DNA of 64,000 nt from Candidatus Bathyarchaeota archaeon (GCA_963769425.1 CAVYLP010000006.1:352001-416000); one strand, 5' to 3'; shown: positions 8,592 to 19,407, numbered from the stretch's first letter. The notes: generated by a model from the sequence alone, not told the origin. Translations and numbers: made by a program.

Positions 8592-9547
8592 ACCTTTTTC
8601 TTGCCCTCGACCTTCTCGAGTGCACCCGCAATAATCAGTGGGAGTATGCTCGTGACCTCCCCGAATATAGTGGAGGTCATGTCCATCTGCTCACCCTTTA
8701 GCTTCCCCCAGCTGATCGACTCCTTCAGCGGCGCACCGCTTAGGCTACCGTCTTCGACACGTGCTGACCCGATTTGGACCGCGGCGTCGAGCCCCTCCCT
8801 GAGGGTGTGGAGGTACTGTGTGTGGTGCTTCGGCGTCCCGCCACCGAGGATTATCGCCCCCGACTTCTTTGCATCGTAGACCATGTCCGTGAACCTGTCG
8901 AAGTCCCTGAGGGGGTTGATGACGAGCTTCTTCTGCTTCGAGTACATGTAGAGGGGGATCCCGAGCATGCAGTCGAGGAACCCGGGGCTGAAGATGGGGA
9001 TGTCCCTCTTCGCTGCGTTGTAGAGTATCGAGTCCTTGTCGGTGAGCCTGAGCCCGATCTCCTTTAGGAGCCCGTTAATCGGGATGCCGTCACGCGTCTC
9101 CTCCGGGATATCGTCGAGAATCTTGTAGACGTACTTCTCGAGTTCCTCGAAGACCTTACCCTCGAAGTAGATGTCGTAGGCGCGGTTGATGCCCTTCTTG
9201 TAGAGCTCCTCGTCGTCCGCGTCGACCTTCCCGATGTAGTGATGGGCACCCATCGCCTCGATTAGGTCTCCGACCATGTTCGCGCCGTTAGTAACAACGG
9301 CATCCACGTACCCGTCCTTGACGAGGTCGGAGAAAACGACCCTAAGGCCACCATGACAGAGGGGGCCAGAGAGCGTAATGAACGTGGTGTACTCGGGATT
9401 AGAGAACATCTCGGCGACTATATCAACGGCCTTCCCGACCCTACCCGCCTGCATGACGCCGGTCTTACGCATCTCGTCGGCTAACTCGCCGACGGTCATC
9501 CCGGCCTTGAGGCGCATCTGGTGGACGCGCTTCAACCGGGGGCTCAA
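8588..9547 (-). CDS. dys: Deoxyhypusine synthase
   Basis: ILGGGTPKHH and DGSLSGAPLKESISWGK; adjacent to aIF5A. Confidence 0.95.
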   Translation of the reverse strand: MSPRLKRVHQMRLKAGMTVGELADEMRKTGVMQAGRVGKAVDIVAEMFSNPEYTTFITLSGPLCHGGLRVVFSDLVKDGYVDAVVTNGANMVGDLIEAMGAHHYIGKVDADDEELYKKGINRAYDIYFEGKVFEELEKYVYKILDDIPEETRDGIPINGLLKEIGLRLTDKDSILYNAAKRDIPIFSPGFLDCMLGIPLYMYSKQKKLVINPLRDFDRFTDMVYDAKKSGAIILGGGTPKHHTQYLHTLREGLDAAVQIGSARVEDGSLSGAPLKESISWGKLKGEQMDMTSTIFGEVTSILPLIIAGALEKVEGKKKV

Positions 9548-9945
9548 CTCTTTACGCGGTTGATCTTGTACCGACCCATTATGATCCAGTACTCGACCTC
9601 TTTACCCGCCGCGATCTTCGAGGCGATGTCCTCATCGGTAGGCATCGCTATCTCAATGGTCTCATAGGTTTCGAGGTCCATGAGTTGCACGCCCTGACCA
9701 GGTGTGATGGATACTATCTGACCACTCCTCTTGTCGACGATGGGGACCTGGCAGCCCGCGTCCGCTTGGGCGAGGTAAGTCTTCTTCTTCCCGTCGAAGA
9801 GGCTTATACCGCTTGCGCGTATCTTTGCGCTGCCGTGCTTGCCGGGCTTGCTCTTTTCGATGTCGACTATCTGGCAGGGCTCATTGTCTATGAGGGCGTA
9901 GCTGCCGACTTTTAGATCGCCGGCCCTCGAGTTCTTGTATGCCAT
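9544..9945 (-). CDS. eif5A: Translation factor aIF-5A
   Basis: Hypusine motif SKPGKHGSAK; start at ATG 9945. Confidence 0.95.
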   Translation of the reverse strand: MAYKNSRAGDLKVGSYALIDNEPCQIVDIEKSKPGKHGSAKIRASGISLFDGKKKTYLAQADAGCQVPIVDKRSGQIVSITPGQGVQLMDLETYETIEIAMPTDEDIASKIAAGKEVEYWIIMGRYKINRVKS

Positions 9946-10065
9946 GGATACACCTGTTGGTTCAGTTTCAAGCACCCAAACAGTATTAAAGATTGTGCAG
10001 AAATGCTGGGTTTTAGGACCTAGAACATCTTTTATTTTTCATTAACAGATATTTCAGGGGGTGGA

Positions 10066-11116
10066 TTGGGTTCGGCTCGCATACATCGGCCAGAGATGAT
10101 CGCGAACTTCGCCATCACATACAGGTGCAACAGCAGGTGCTCCACATGCGGCATCTGGAAGACTGGGGACCCGACCGCGGGGGAGTTGACCCTGAGGGAG
10201 ATCAGGGGGTTCTTCGAGTCCGAGAAGGACTTCCTCTCGGAAGTCAAATCCGTTCAATTGACAGGGGGTGAACCCTTCCTTCGCCCCGACGTCGTCTCCA
10301 TCGCCGAGTCGATCTGGCGTAACATCCCTGGCGCCTTCATTTGGATTGCTACAAACGCCCTGCTCTCGGATGTGGTGGTTAGTAAGACCGAGGAGATGCT
10401 CAACATACCTGGGAGAGGTGGCTTGGGGGTGACTGTCTCCGTCGACGGGATCGGGAAGACACACGACTCCCAGAGGGGTGTCGATGGGGGCTATGAGAAG
10501 GCGCTACTAACCCTCGCCTGGCTGTCAGAAATTCGAAGCCGGAACCATGACATGAGCCTCTCGGTTGGCATGACTCTGACCCCTCTGAACCAGAAGGAGA
10601 TAACAGCGGTGAGGCATGTCGCGGAGGCCCACGGTGCGGACTACACAATAAGACCCGCGAACGTCAGCGAACTGTACTATCGAAACGAGCCAATCGTCGG
10701 TGGGTGGGACATGGAAATTATACGCCGAGGACTGAGAGGTGTCGAGGAAGCGTATATCAGACGCAGGGGAGTGAGGGGATGCAGTCCCGGTGATCAGCTA
10801 CCTGAGAAGGATACCATCCTACATCTCAAAGGGGGTGAGGGAAATGCAATGCACCGCGGGTTCCTCATCATTTTTCCTCGACCCCAAAGGGGCAGTCTAT
10901 CCGTGCCTATTTGTGGAAACGAAGATTGGTGACATTAAGGAAGCGCCTCTATCAGAATCATGGGGATCGAGTGAGGCAGAGGTAATAAGACGACGGATCA
11001 GAAGTGGGCACTGCTCTGGGTGTTGGGTTGAGTGCGAGGCGATGAGGGAAGTAAGAAGAGATAAGATCGGGTTAGCCTCGGCTGCGTTAAAAGCCAGCTT
11101 CAGCTGGTTCGCTTGA
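10066..11116 (+). CDS. Radical SAM/SPASM(twitch) protein, broken by a +1 frameshift near 10775
   Basis: CNSRCSTC and TGGEPFLR in the first ORF; CTAG...DPKGAVYPC...CSGCWVEC in the second. Total length is 3n+1 and the shift falls in a GGGG run. Confidence 0.8.
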
Positions 11117-11375
11117 TTATGTGGTAGCCGAACTGGGTCTTAACGGGATCGGATACCTGCCCGGGTTTGAGGGCGAACGCGACCTTCTCGAACTCCTTCA
11201 CCATCTGGCCCCTCCCGAACTGGCCAAGGTCTCCGCCCTTCTTGCCAGAAGGGCAGGTGCTGTACTTCTTTGCCAGTTCGCTGAAGTTTCCGCCAGCCTT
11301 TAACTCCTCGGCCACTTTGAGGGCTTGTGATTGCTTCTCCACAAGTATGTGGGACGCCCTGATCTTTGTGGACAT
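11100..11375 (-). CDS. Parvulin-type peptidyl-prolyl isomerase
   Basis: [39 protein letters not shown]. Confidence 0.95.
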   Translation of the reverse strand: MSTKIRASHILVEKQSQALKVAEELKAGGNFSELAKKYSTCPSGKKGGDLGQFGRGQMVKEFEKVAFALKPGQVSDPVKTQFGYHIIKRTS

Positions 11376-11422
11376 CTCTATCCACTAATGCCCGGATTCG
11401 GTTTAGATAAAGGGTTGGGTGG

Positions 11423-13444
11423 TCAGTACTTGACCTTGTATACGAGGACCCAACCTAGCGGGGAGGGGTATACCAGCTCGAAGTGGGCCTTAAAGTCGGC
11501 TGAGCTGTTGCCGTACATGAGCCCCGCGATCGTCGTGTTCTTGAACTTCGTTGTATACTGGTACTGGCCTGCTTGCTGGTTGTACGAATAGTAGTCGGCG
11601 ACGTTTAAGCCGGCTATATTCGCCATCTGTGGCCACTTTGCGTTGTCACCGAAGGGCCATTCCTCCTGTCGGTTGTTGGGGTTGAAGGTTATGAATACGA
11701 CGACGTAGTCGACGTGGAACTTCTGCATGAGTGGGAGGGAGACGTTCTGCGGCTGCATCATCATGTTCGCGATGTTGACGATCTGTGTCCTGTTCAATGT
11801 GGAGCCGTCGGCGAGGGTTGTGCGGTTGGCCATCGTCTCTATCCAGTAGCCGTAGTCCCACCATGAGCAGACAACGGACCCGGGGGTCGTGTTCGCGTTC
11901 ATCCAGCTGAGGGTCTTGATCCAGTCATTCGCGTACGCTCCGTCGAGGATTACCGGGACGCCGCTCTGGACGAGCGGGCCTGGGCTAACGGCCGAGGATG
12001 TTGCATTGAGGGCGTGTGGGACTAGGGCGCCGAAGAGGAGGATTATGAAGATGAGGCTGAGGCCTTTGCTGACGGCTACCGCCTGCGCCTTCCTGCTCCG
12101 ACTCTTCGTATCCTGCCTCGTGAAGACTGCGCGGAAGGGCTCGAGGAGCTTCACGAGCGCGTATCCTGCCAGTAGGGAGGCGGGGAAGGCGAGTATGAGT
12201 GTGAGCCTAACGACGGTCCCCGTGAAGTAGACTGAGGTTAGGAAGAAGAGGAGCATGTAGTACCTGCTGTCCCCGCCCTCCTTCAGGATGAAGTAGGCGC
12301 CGAGAGCGGCGAGCACTATGGTGACGCCGAAGTCGGCGAAGAAAACGGACCAGCTTGAGACCTTGTTTTCGCCGACCGACGAGTAGAGGGCTCCAGCGTC
12401 CTCGAAGGGGTTGAGGACCTTCGCGAACTTACCGGCGATAGGGTTGCCGATGCCGAAGTATGGTAGTACAATGAAGGCGGCGAGAGCCAGAACGACAAGG
12501 CCGAGCGTCGCCATGCGGGCCTGGGATTCGGGCATCCTCGTCTTTATGATCTCATAGACGACGAGGAGGCCGATGGCACCGAGGGCGGCGAGGTTCTCGA
12601 TGTTGAGGATGTAGCTGACTCCTAGGCGGGGGACGATTAGTGCGATGAGGAATCCCACTATTGTAGTTATGCTGTAGGAGATGATGTGGCGCTGCTCGAT
12701 CTTCCCGATCACGAGCATGACAACAATGTAGAGCAAGAGAAGGCTCGATATGTATCGTGCTGCGCCCCAGGAGGCGAAGGCGTACCCCATTGTGAGCCCG
12801 CCTGCGATTGCATATATCACGCGCTTTGATAGCGAGTTCTTGGCCTGAATGCTTCTAAGGAAGAAGAATGGGGTCGCGACTATGCCGAAGATGCCGATGT
12901 TCTCCGTGTCGAAGAAGCCCGCGACTGTCCTACCTATGTAGCTTGGGCTGATGGCCATCAGGAGTGAGGTAAAAATACCCGTGGCCTTCCCGCCGAAGTC
13001 CTTACCGAAGAAGTAGGCAATGACGCAGACCACCGTGGCCATGAAGACTGGGAAGTACATTGCAACGTTTAGTAGTGAGATCTTGAGTTGGATGGTGTTT
13101 AGTAGCTGGTAGATGAATACGGCCGAGAATGGGTTGCCCGGGTAGCTGCTCGCTGCGATATCGCGTCCCTTTGGGAACCAGCTCAGGGTGTCGTGCCAGG
13201 TGAAGTAGGCACCGTAGCCGTTCTTCGCTATGTACTCGGATATCCTGTAGAAGAAGAAGGGGTCATACTCGTTGAGGTAGTCGCCCCATCTTAGGAGTAT
13301 CACCCTGAGGATTATGGCGACGGTGATGATGAGGCCGAGGGCGGCGATCTCGATAGCAACTGCCCTGCTGAGCCTTATGCTAGATAGGAAACCTCCGCCG
13401 GTCTTCTTGGTCTGCTGGTCGGGGGTTTTCCCTTTCTCGGCCAT
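11423..13444 (-). CDS. aglB: Oligosaccharyltransferase STT3/AglB
   Basis: EYDP, GFFDTE, SVGEN and WWDYG motifs; multiple TM helices. Confidence 0.93.
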   Translation of the reverse strand: MAEKGKTPDQQTKKTGGGFLSSIRLSRAVAIEIAALGLIITVAIILRVILLRWGDYLNEYDPFFFYRISEYIAKNGYGAYFTWHDTLSWFPKGRDIAASSYPGNPFSAVFIYQLLNTIQLKISLLNVAMYFPVFMATVVCVIAYFFGKDFGGKATGIFTSLLMAISPSYIGRTVAGFFDTENIGIFGIVATPFFFLRSIQAKNSLSKRVIYAIAGGLTMGYAFASWGAARYISSLLLLYIVVMLVIGKIEQRHIISYSITTIVGFLIALIVPRLGVSYILNIENLAALGAIGLLVVYEIIKTRMPESQARMATLGLVVLALAAFIVLPYFGIGNPIAGKFAKVLNPFEDAGALYSSVGENKVSSWSVFFADFGVTIVLAALGAYFILKEGGDSRYYMLLFFLTSVYFTGTVVRLTLILAFPASLLAGYALVKLLEPFRAVFTRQDTKSRSRKAQAVAVSKGLSLIFIILLFGALVPHALNATSSAVSPGPLVQSGVPVILDGAYANDWIKTLSWMNANTTPGSVVCSWWDYGYWIETMANRTTLADGSTLNRTQIVNIANMMMQPQNVSLPLMQKFHVDYVVVFITFNPNNRQEEWPFGDNAKWPQMANIAGLNVADYYSYNQQAGQYQYTTKFKNTTIAGLMYGNSSADFKAHFELVYPSPLGWVLVYKVKY

Positions 13445-13497
13445 GGGTTTTCAACCATTAGGGTGTCCCCGCTTTTATTTAAGTAGCTATTACCGGG

Positions 13498-14181
13498 CTA
13501 CGTACCCCTGTATAGACGTGTAGCGAACCTGTGGGGTAGGCCGGCGGCGTCTATTGCCTCCGCGGTGGCGTCGATGCTGTACTCTACGCGCCTGTGTTCG
13601 ACCCTGAGGGGGTCTGTTTCGAGGATCAGGTAGCTCGCCCTTGGGTCGCCATCACGTGGCTGCCCCACTGAACCCGGGTTCAACATGAGGCGACTACTCC
13701 GCTCGATCTTGTAGGGGACGTGGGTGTGGCCGAGGATGATTATGTCCGAGCCAGTAAGGCGTAGGTAGTCCTCGGCACGAGCCTCGGCGGTCTCCGGGTA
13801 GATGTAGCTGGTTAAGTGCTCCGTGGGACTCCCGTGGTAGACGGATACATTCAAGCCGTCAAGCTCGATCTTGAGTTCGGTTGGGAGTTTACCGAGCCAC
13901 CTGAGGCTGCCCCCGGATAGCTGCCCCCTGTTGATCCTGATGGCCTCCTGGGCGTCGTCGTTGAACCAGTCAGTCTCGACGGTCGCGACGGCGTTGTCGT
14001 GGTTCCCCGCGACGCATCTGAAGCCCTTGAAGTAGAGCCTGTCGACGCACTCCTCCGGGCTGGGGCCGTAGCCGACGGTGTCGCCGGCGGAGATGGCGGC
14101 GTCCCATGGCCCCGCGTCTTCGAGGACTGCCTCGAGGGCGGCGAGGTTGCTGTGTATGTCGGAGACGATGAGAACCTTCAA
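13498..14181 (-). CDS. Metallophosphoesterase (YfcE/MJ0936-like)
   Basis: SDIHSN, GDTVGYG, GNHD, GHTH, NPGSVGQPRD. Confidence 0.9.
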   Translation of the reverse strand: MKVLIVSDIHSNLAALEAVLEDAGPWDAAISAGDTVGYGPSPEECVDRLYFKGFRCVAGNHDNAVATVETDWFNDDAQEAIRINRGQLSGGSLRWLGKLPTELKIELDGLNVSVYHGSPTEHLTSYIYPETAEARAEDYLRLTGSDIIILGHTHVPYKIERSSRLMLNPGSVGQPRDGDPRASYLILETDPLRVEHRRVEYSIDATAEAIDAAGLPHRFATRLYRGT

Positions 14182-14249
14182 CGGGCGTCGAAGTGTACTC
14201 GGCGCCTCGTTGGATAGGCTTAACTCATGCCACGGCTACTTTCGGAGTA

Positions 14250-14579
14250 ATGAGCCTAGCCTTCCGCGTCGAGAACATGGAGGTCGAGGGGAAGACCCTG
14301 CACTGCGGCGTTCTGGAGCTTGAGAACGCCGTGGTGGCACTGTTCTGGGAGGGGGAGGAGCCGAAGCTGGGCTCCACGACGGTGACCCTCCCGGGGATGG
14401 CGTCCACCCAGCTCCTCGGCGACAGGGACCAATTAATCGGCAGGGTGCTCGGCACGCACCTCGCCGCGAAATATGGGAAGATGGCTCTCGTCTCCACCCA
14501 CATCTCTAAGGGGTATGGGGAGGAGATGGGGAAAACGCTGCTCGAATTGGCTAGGCGATTTACGGAGGAGAAGAGTTGA
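14250..14579 (+). CDS. Small protein resembling the proteasome assembly chaperone 4-like family
   Basis: Recalled pattern 'LEN..kLGs.....L.G.....r.l...la.k.gk.alvS'; overlaps the ubiD start. Confidence 0.45.
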   Translation: MSLAFRVENMEVEGKTLHCGVLELENAVVALFWEGEEPKLGSTTVTLPGMASTQLLGDRDQLIGRVLGTHLAAKYGKMALVSTHISKGYGEEMGKTLLELARRFTEEKS

Positions 14580-15919
14580 GCGACCTCAGAACATTCTTGA
14601 AGCAGCTGGAGAAGGATAACGACCTCATCAAGATCAAGGAGCCCATGAGCGCGAAGCTGGAGATAGCGGCGGCGCTGCAGAGATTTGACTCTGGTAAGGC
14701 TCTGCTGTTCGAGAAGGTTGATGACTACGATGTGAAGGTGGTCGGCGGCGTCTGCGGGACGCGTGACCGTATCCTTCAAGGCCTCGGGGTTGAGGCTAAG
14801 GACCTCTATCCGCGTCTTCAGCAGGCGATAAAGAACCCGAAGCGATGCGAAGTCGTGGAGAAGGGGCCGGTCATGGAGGTCGTCGAGGAGGGCGACCTGA
14901 CGAAAATACCGGTGCTCACCCACTTCAAGGGCGACCCCGGGCCCTTCATCACATCGGGGATACTCTACGCGAAGAGCCACGATGGCAATGTGGAGAACGT
15001 GAGTTTTCACAGGCTCATGGTGTTGGACCCACAGAGGATGACGATCAGGATAGTGCCTCGACACCTGCATAGGTTGACGCAGCTCGCGAGGCAGGCGGGT
15101 GTTAAGGCGCTCGACTGCTGCGTGAGCATCGGGCTCCACCCCGCAGTGCTGCTCGCGGCTAGCTCACCCGTCAACTGGGGGGTCTGCGAATACGATGTGG
15201 CGAATAACCTCCTCGGTGGCTCGCTGAAGCTGGTGAAGTGCCCACACGTGGACGCGTTAGCTCCGGCGGACGCGGAGCTAGTGCTGGAGTGTCGCATCAG
15301 GCTCGACGAGGACGTGGACGAGGGACCCTTCGTGGACCTCTCGGGAACCTTCGATGTGAAGCGCAGGCAGCCTATCGTGGAGGTAATCGGCCAGATGCAT
15401 CGGAGAGACTACATGTATCAGGCGCTGCTCCCGGCGGGGGCGGAGCACATGTTGCTGATGGGGATGCCGCCGGAGGTCCGTATCTGGGAGTACTGCATGA
15501 ACATCGTACCCACGGTGAGGGGCGTCAACATGACCCTCGGCGGCAACGGGTGGCTCCACTGCGTCGTCTCCTTCGACAAGGTCCGGGAGGGGGACCCGAA
15601 GAACGTCCTGATGGCAATGTTCGCAGCGCACCCAAGCCTCAAGCACGCTGTCGTCGTGGACGGTGACATCGACCCGACGAACATGCAGGAGGTCGAGTGG
15701 GCGATAGCGACGCGATTCAAGGGCGACGAGGATCTACTCATCGTCCCCGGCGTCCGGGTGAGCAGCCTCGACCCGACCGCGGACCAGCAGACAGAGCTCG
15801 GATGCAAGGTAGGCTTCGATGCCACGCGCCCCCTCGGCAAGCCGAAGGAGAAGTTCATGAAGGCCGAGATAACGGTCCCGGACCGCGTCAGGAAGATACT
15901 CGACCGGTACGCGGGATAA
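14576..15919 (+). CDS. UbiD-family decarboxylase, probably trans-anhydromevalonate 5-phosphate decarboxylase
   Basis: NVSFHR, EGPFVD, VVVDGDID...VEWAIATRF, SSLDP; adjacent to aconitase X subunits. Confidence 0.85.
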   Translation: MSDLRTFLKQLEKDNDLIKIKEPMSAKLEIAAALQRFDSGKALLFEKVDDYDVKVVGGVCGTRDRILQGLGVEAKDLYPRLQQAIKNPKRCEVVEKGPVMEVVEEGDLTKIPVLTHFKGDPGPFITSGILYAKSHDGNVENVSFHRLMVLDPQRMTIRIVPRHLHRLTQLARQAGVKALDCCVSIGLHPAVLLAASSPVNWGVCEYDVANNLLGGSLKLVKCPHVDALAPADAELVLECRIRLDEDVDEGPFVDLSGTFDVKRRQPIVEVIGQMHRRDYMYQALLPAGAEHMLLMGMPPEVRIWEYCMNIVPTVRGVNMTLGGNGWLHCVVSFDKVREGDPKNVLMAMFAAHPSLKHAVVVDGDIDPTNMQEVEWAIATRFKGDEDLLIVPGVRVSSLDPTADQQTELGCKVGFDATRPLGKPKEKFMKAEITVPDRVRKILDRYAG

Positions 15920-15997
15920 ACACTTACTGCTTATATCGAAAATATTTTTTTTTCCGAGGGTTTTTAGCGTCGTATCTTGCTGTCTTTGTGATACTGG

Positions 15998-17189
15998 TTG
16001 CATCTCACGAGGGAGGAGGAGCGGATGCTCGTCGGGGAGCACGGCGCGGGGGTGGCGAAGTCCCTGGAGCTGCTCGTGGCGCTCGGCGATGTCTTCGGGG
16101 CGGAGAAGCTGGTGCCCGTTGAGAGCGCTCACGTCTCCGGTGTGAGCTACAAGAACCTCGGGGACGCTGGGCTTGAGTGGCTTGAGGATCAGGCGAAGCT
16201 GGGCGCGAAGGCGAAGGTGACGGGCGACGCTCAACCCGGCGGGGATGGATATGAATCGCTGGAGGGAGATGAACGTCCCCGAGAAATTCGCTGACGGGCA
16301 GCTACGAGTCATCCGTGCCTTCGAGGCCCTCGGGATCGAGCCAACGTGCACATGCACTCCCTACCTCGTGGGACACGTGCCGAGGTTCGGTGCACAGATA
16401 GCGTGGGCGGAGTCGTCAGCCATCTGCTACTCGAACTCGGTCCTCGGGGCGAGGACTAACAGGGAGTCGGGGCCCACAACGATAGCGAGCGCCATCACGG
16501 GCCTCACCCCCCTCTACGAGTACAGGCTAGATGAGAACAGGCTCCCGGGGAAGCTGGTGGAGGTCGAGGCGAAGCTCTCGGACCCCCTCGACTACAGCGC
16601 CCTCGGCTATGTCACGGGGAAGATGGTGGGCACCACCGTCCCGTACTTCAAGGGACTCGGGAAGCCAAGTCTAGAATCTCTGAAGACCTTGGGGGCTGCC
16701 CTGGCCACGAGTGGCGGCGTCGCCCTATGGCACGGTGAGGGAGTCACGCCCGAGGCGGAGAAGGTCAAGCCCCACCTCCGGGAGGTGGAGAAGGTCACGG
16801 TCACCGAGAAGGACCTGCGGGAAGCGCGTGAGAAGTTCACCTGCGAGGTCGCCGACCCCGTCACCTGCATCGGCTGCCCCCACTGCAGCCTTCACGAGGT
16901 CGGGGAGGTCGCGAGCCTCTGCAAGGGCAAGGAGATTGCCAGAAAGCTCTGGCTCTTCACGAGCCGCGGCGTCTATGTCGAGGCAGAGAGCAAGGGCTAC
17001 GTGCGCCAGATCGAGGACGCGGGCGGCAAGGTCTACGTCGACACCTGCATGGTTGTCGCTCCTCTCAAGGAGATGGGGTGGAAGGAGGTCGCCGTCAACA
17101 GCTTCAAGGGCGCACAATACAGCGCCAACATGGGACTCAAGACCAGGGTTGGTACCGCTAGGGAGCTCGTCAAGGAGGCCCTGAAGTGA
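15998..17189 (+). CDS. Aconitase X large subunit (phosphomevalonate dehydratase), +1 frameshift near 16222
   Basis: LTREEERML.GE.G, AHVSGVSYKNLGD, TCTCTPY, WAESSA, GCPHCS, DTCMVV. Total length is 3n+1. Confidence 0.88.
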
Positions 17190-17584
17190 TTTTAAAGGGG
17201 CGTAAGGTAGTCGGTGGCACAGCTGAGGGCGAGGCACTCGTGAGCAAGGATCCCGTCAGCTTCTACGGCGGCGTTGACCCAGATACAGGCATCATCACTG
17301 AGCCGGGCCACGCCTGCTACGGCAAGAGCATCTCCGGTAAGGTCTTCGTCTTCCCTACTGGGAAGGGGAGCACAGTCGGGAGCTACGTCATCTACAGGAT
17401 GAAGAAGCAGGGCACTGCTCCCGCCGCGATCATAAACGTGGAGACGGAAGCGATCCTCGCCACTGGCTGCGTCATATCCAACATCCCACTCGTCGACAAG
17501 CTAGACACCGACCCACTCAAGGCATTTAGAACGGGTATGAGGCTACGCGTCTTCGGCGACGAGGGGCTAGTCGAGACGATCTAG
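17186..17584 (+). CDS. Aconitase X small/swivel subunit (DUF126)
   Basis: GEALVS..PVSFYGGVDP.TG, P.GKGSTVGSY. Confidence 0.9.
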   Translation: MILKGRKVVGGTAEGEALVSKDPVSFYGGVDPDTGIITEPGHACYGKSISGKVFVFPTGKGSTVGSYVIYRMKKQGTAPAAIINVETEAILATGCVISNIPLVDKLDTDPLKAFRTGMRLRVFGDEGLVETI

Positions 17585-17624
17585 GGGCAACCGATTTATC
17601 GCCTGACGCCATTCTAGGTTCAAT

Positions 17625-18767
17625 ATGGATTTTAAGAGGCGACTCACCGGGCTCCAGGCGAAGATGGAGGAGCAGGGTCTAGACCTTGTCGTCTACGGGG
17701 GTAGCCCCGACCTCCAGTACCTGACAGGCGTCAACCTGGAGTGGCGCCGCGGTAGGGACCTCCTCCACCCACAGGACAACGTCTTCGTGCCCCGCAGCGG
17801 GGAGCCCGTCCTCACCATCAACCCGGAGAGCCAACAACAGGCCACCGGGACCTGGATCAAGGACGTACGCGTCACGGAGAAGAACCAGCCCTACGGCGAC
17901 GTCGTCAAGAAGATCGTCTCCGACCTCGGCGTCAAGCCCGGGCGCGTCGCAATAGGCGACTTCTGCTGGGGAAGCACCAGCCTAGAGATAGCGAAGGCCT
18001 GCGCGGGGTCCCGGTTCCGCGTCGGCGAGGGGCTACTCGACAACATGCGGATGATCAAGGAGCCCGAGGAGGTCGCGAAGCTGAAGAGGGCTGCGGAGGT
18101 CACCGAAGCGGTGATGGCCCTCATCTCTCCGCGCATAGTGGAGGGGTTGACGCAAAGGAACCTGCAGATCATGATGGAGATGATGGGAAGGGGGCTCGGC
18201 GCATCGGACGCGAGCTTCCCGCCGACGGGTGGCTACCTTAAAACCGGGACCATACCCTCCGATGACCCGTTCATCTACCCGAAGGAGGCTGGCCTCACAA
18301 AGGGGACGAGTATAGCCTTCGACTTCGGCCTCGTCGTCGACGGCTACTGTAGCGACTGGGGTAGGAGCTTCTACTTCGGCAAGCCTCGCCCCGACATACT
18401 TCAAGCGTACCAGGCCCTCCAGCTCGCCGTCGTCCAGGCGGGCGACGCCGTGGGGGGAGAGATTACCCGCCTCTGCGACTTCTATCCATTCATGGAGAAG
18501 GCGTTGGATAGGGACGGTTACGGTAACTTCCTTAGGAACAGGGTGAAGACGGGTGTGGTCGGCCACCAGATAGGCGTCGAAGTCCATGAGGACCCGTGGC
18601 TCAGACCCGACGTGACCCAGCCGCTCGTCGACGGTATGGTCTTCTGCGTCGAGCCGAAGCTCTGGAGCAAGGGTGAGTACTACCTCAGGGTCGAGGACAT
18701 GATACTGATAAGGAACGGTAAAGCCGAGTTCCTCACCACGTACACCCGTGAGCAGTTCCAGACCTAG
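17625..18767 (+). CDS. M24 Xaa-Pro peptidase family protein
   Basis: DFG...DGYCSDWGR, GHQIGVEVHEDP, VEP, RVED. Confidence 0.88.
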   Translation: MDFKRRLTGLQAKMEEQGLDLVVYGGSPDLQYLTGVNLEWRRGRDLLHPQDNVFVPRSGEPVLTINPESQQQATGTWIKDVRVTEKNQPYGDVVKKIVSDLGVKPGRVAIGDFCWGSTSLEIAKACAGSRFRVGEGLLDNMRMIKEPEEVAKLKRAAEVTEAVMALISPRIVEGLTQRNLQIMMEMMGRGLGASDASFPPTGGYLKTGTIPSDDPFIYPKEAGLTKGTSIAFDFGLVVDGYCSDWGRSFYFGKPRPDILQAYQALQLAVVQAGDAVGGEITRLCDFYPFMEKALDRDGYGNFLRNRVKTGVVGHQIGVEVHEDPWLRPDVTQPLVDGMVFCVEPKLWSKGEYYLRVEDMILIRNGKAEFLTTYTREQFQT

Positions 18768-18804
18768 GAAGGATTTTATCGCCACCCGTTCTCTTCTCCC
18801 ATCG

Positions 18805-19407
18805 ATGGCTCCCACTGGCTGGTTCATAGTCTTCGAGGGCGTCGACGGAAGCGGCAAGAGCACGCAGATAGACTTGCTGAGCATGAAGCTCCGCGACCAG
18901 GGGATCGATCACGTCCTTGAGAGGGAGCCGAGCGACGGGAGCATAGGTCGCTTCATCCGCCACTACGCGGAGGCGGGGGACAGGTACCTGAGCCCAGAGT
19001 CTGAGGCCCTGCTCTTCACTGCGGACCGCTTCGAGCACAGCAAGCGCATCAGCCAGATGCTTGATCAAGGCACTACGGTCATCTGTGACAGGTATTACCA
19101 CTCGACGCTCGCCTATCAGGGGGCTGCGGGGGTGGACGTGGCGTGGCTGCGCGACCTGCAGAAGTTCGCGTTGAAACCGGACCTCGCGCTGCTCCTCGAC
19201 GTGGACCCGGAGAGGAGCCTGATGAGGGTCTCGGGGAGGACGCTGACCGTCTTCGAGAACCGGAGCTACCTGATGAGGGTGCGGGACATCTACCTCGATT
19301 TCGCTAAGGCGGGGGAGATGAAGTTGGTAGACACGGCTCGCCCGGTAGATGAGGTCGAGGCTGAGGTTCAGAGGCTCGTCGAGGGCCTCATGGGGTTGAA
19401 GCTCTAA
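18805..19407 (+). CDS. tmk: Thymidylate kinase
   Basis: FEGVDGSGKST, REP, ADR, CDRY..S.LAYQ. Confidence 0.93.
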   Translation: MAPTGWFIVFEGVDGSGKSTQIDLLSMKLRDQGIDHVLEREPSDGSIGRFIRHYAEAGDRYLSPESEALLFTADRFEHSKRISQMLDQGTTVICDRYYHSTLAYQGAAGVDVAWLRDLQKFALKPDLALLLDVDPERSLMRVSGRTLTVFENRSYLMRVRDIYLDFAKAGEMKLVDTARPVDEVEAEVQRLVEGLMGLKL

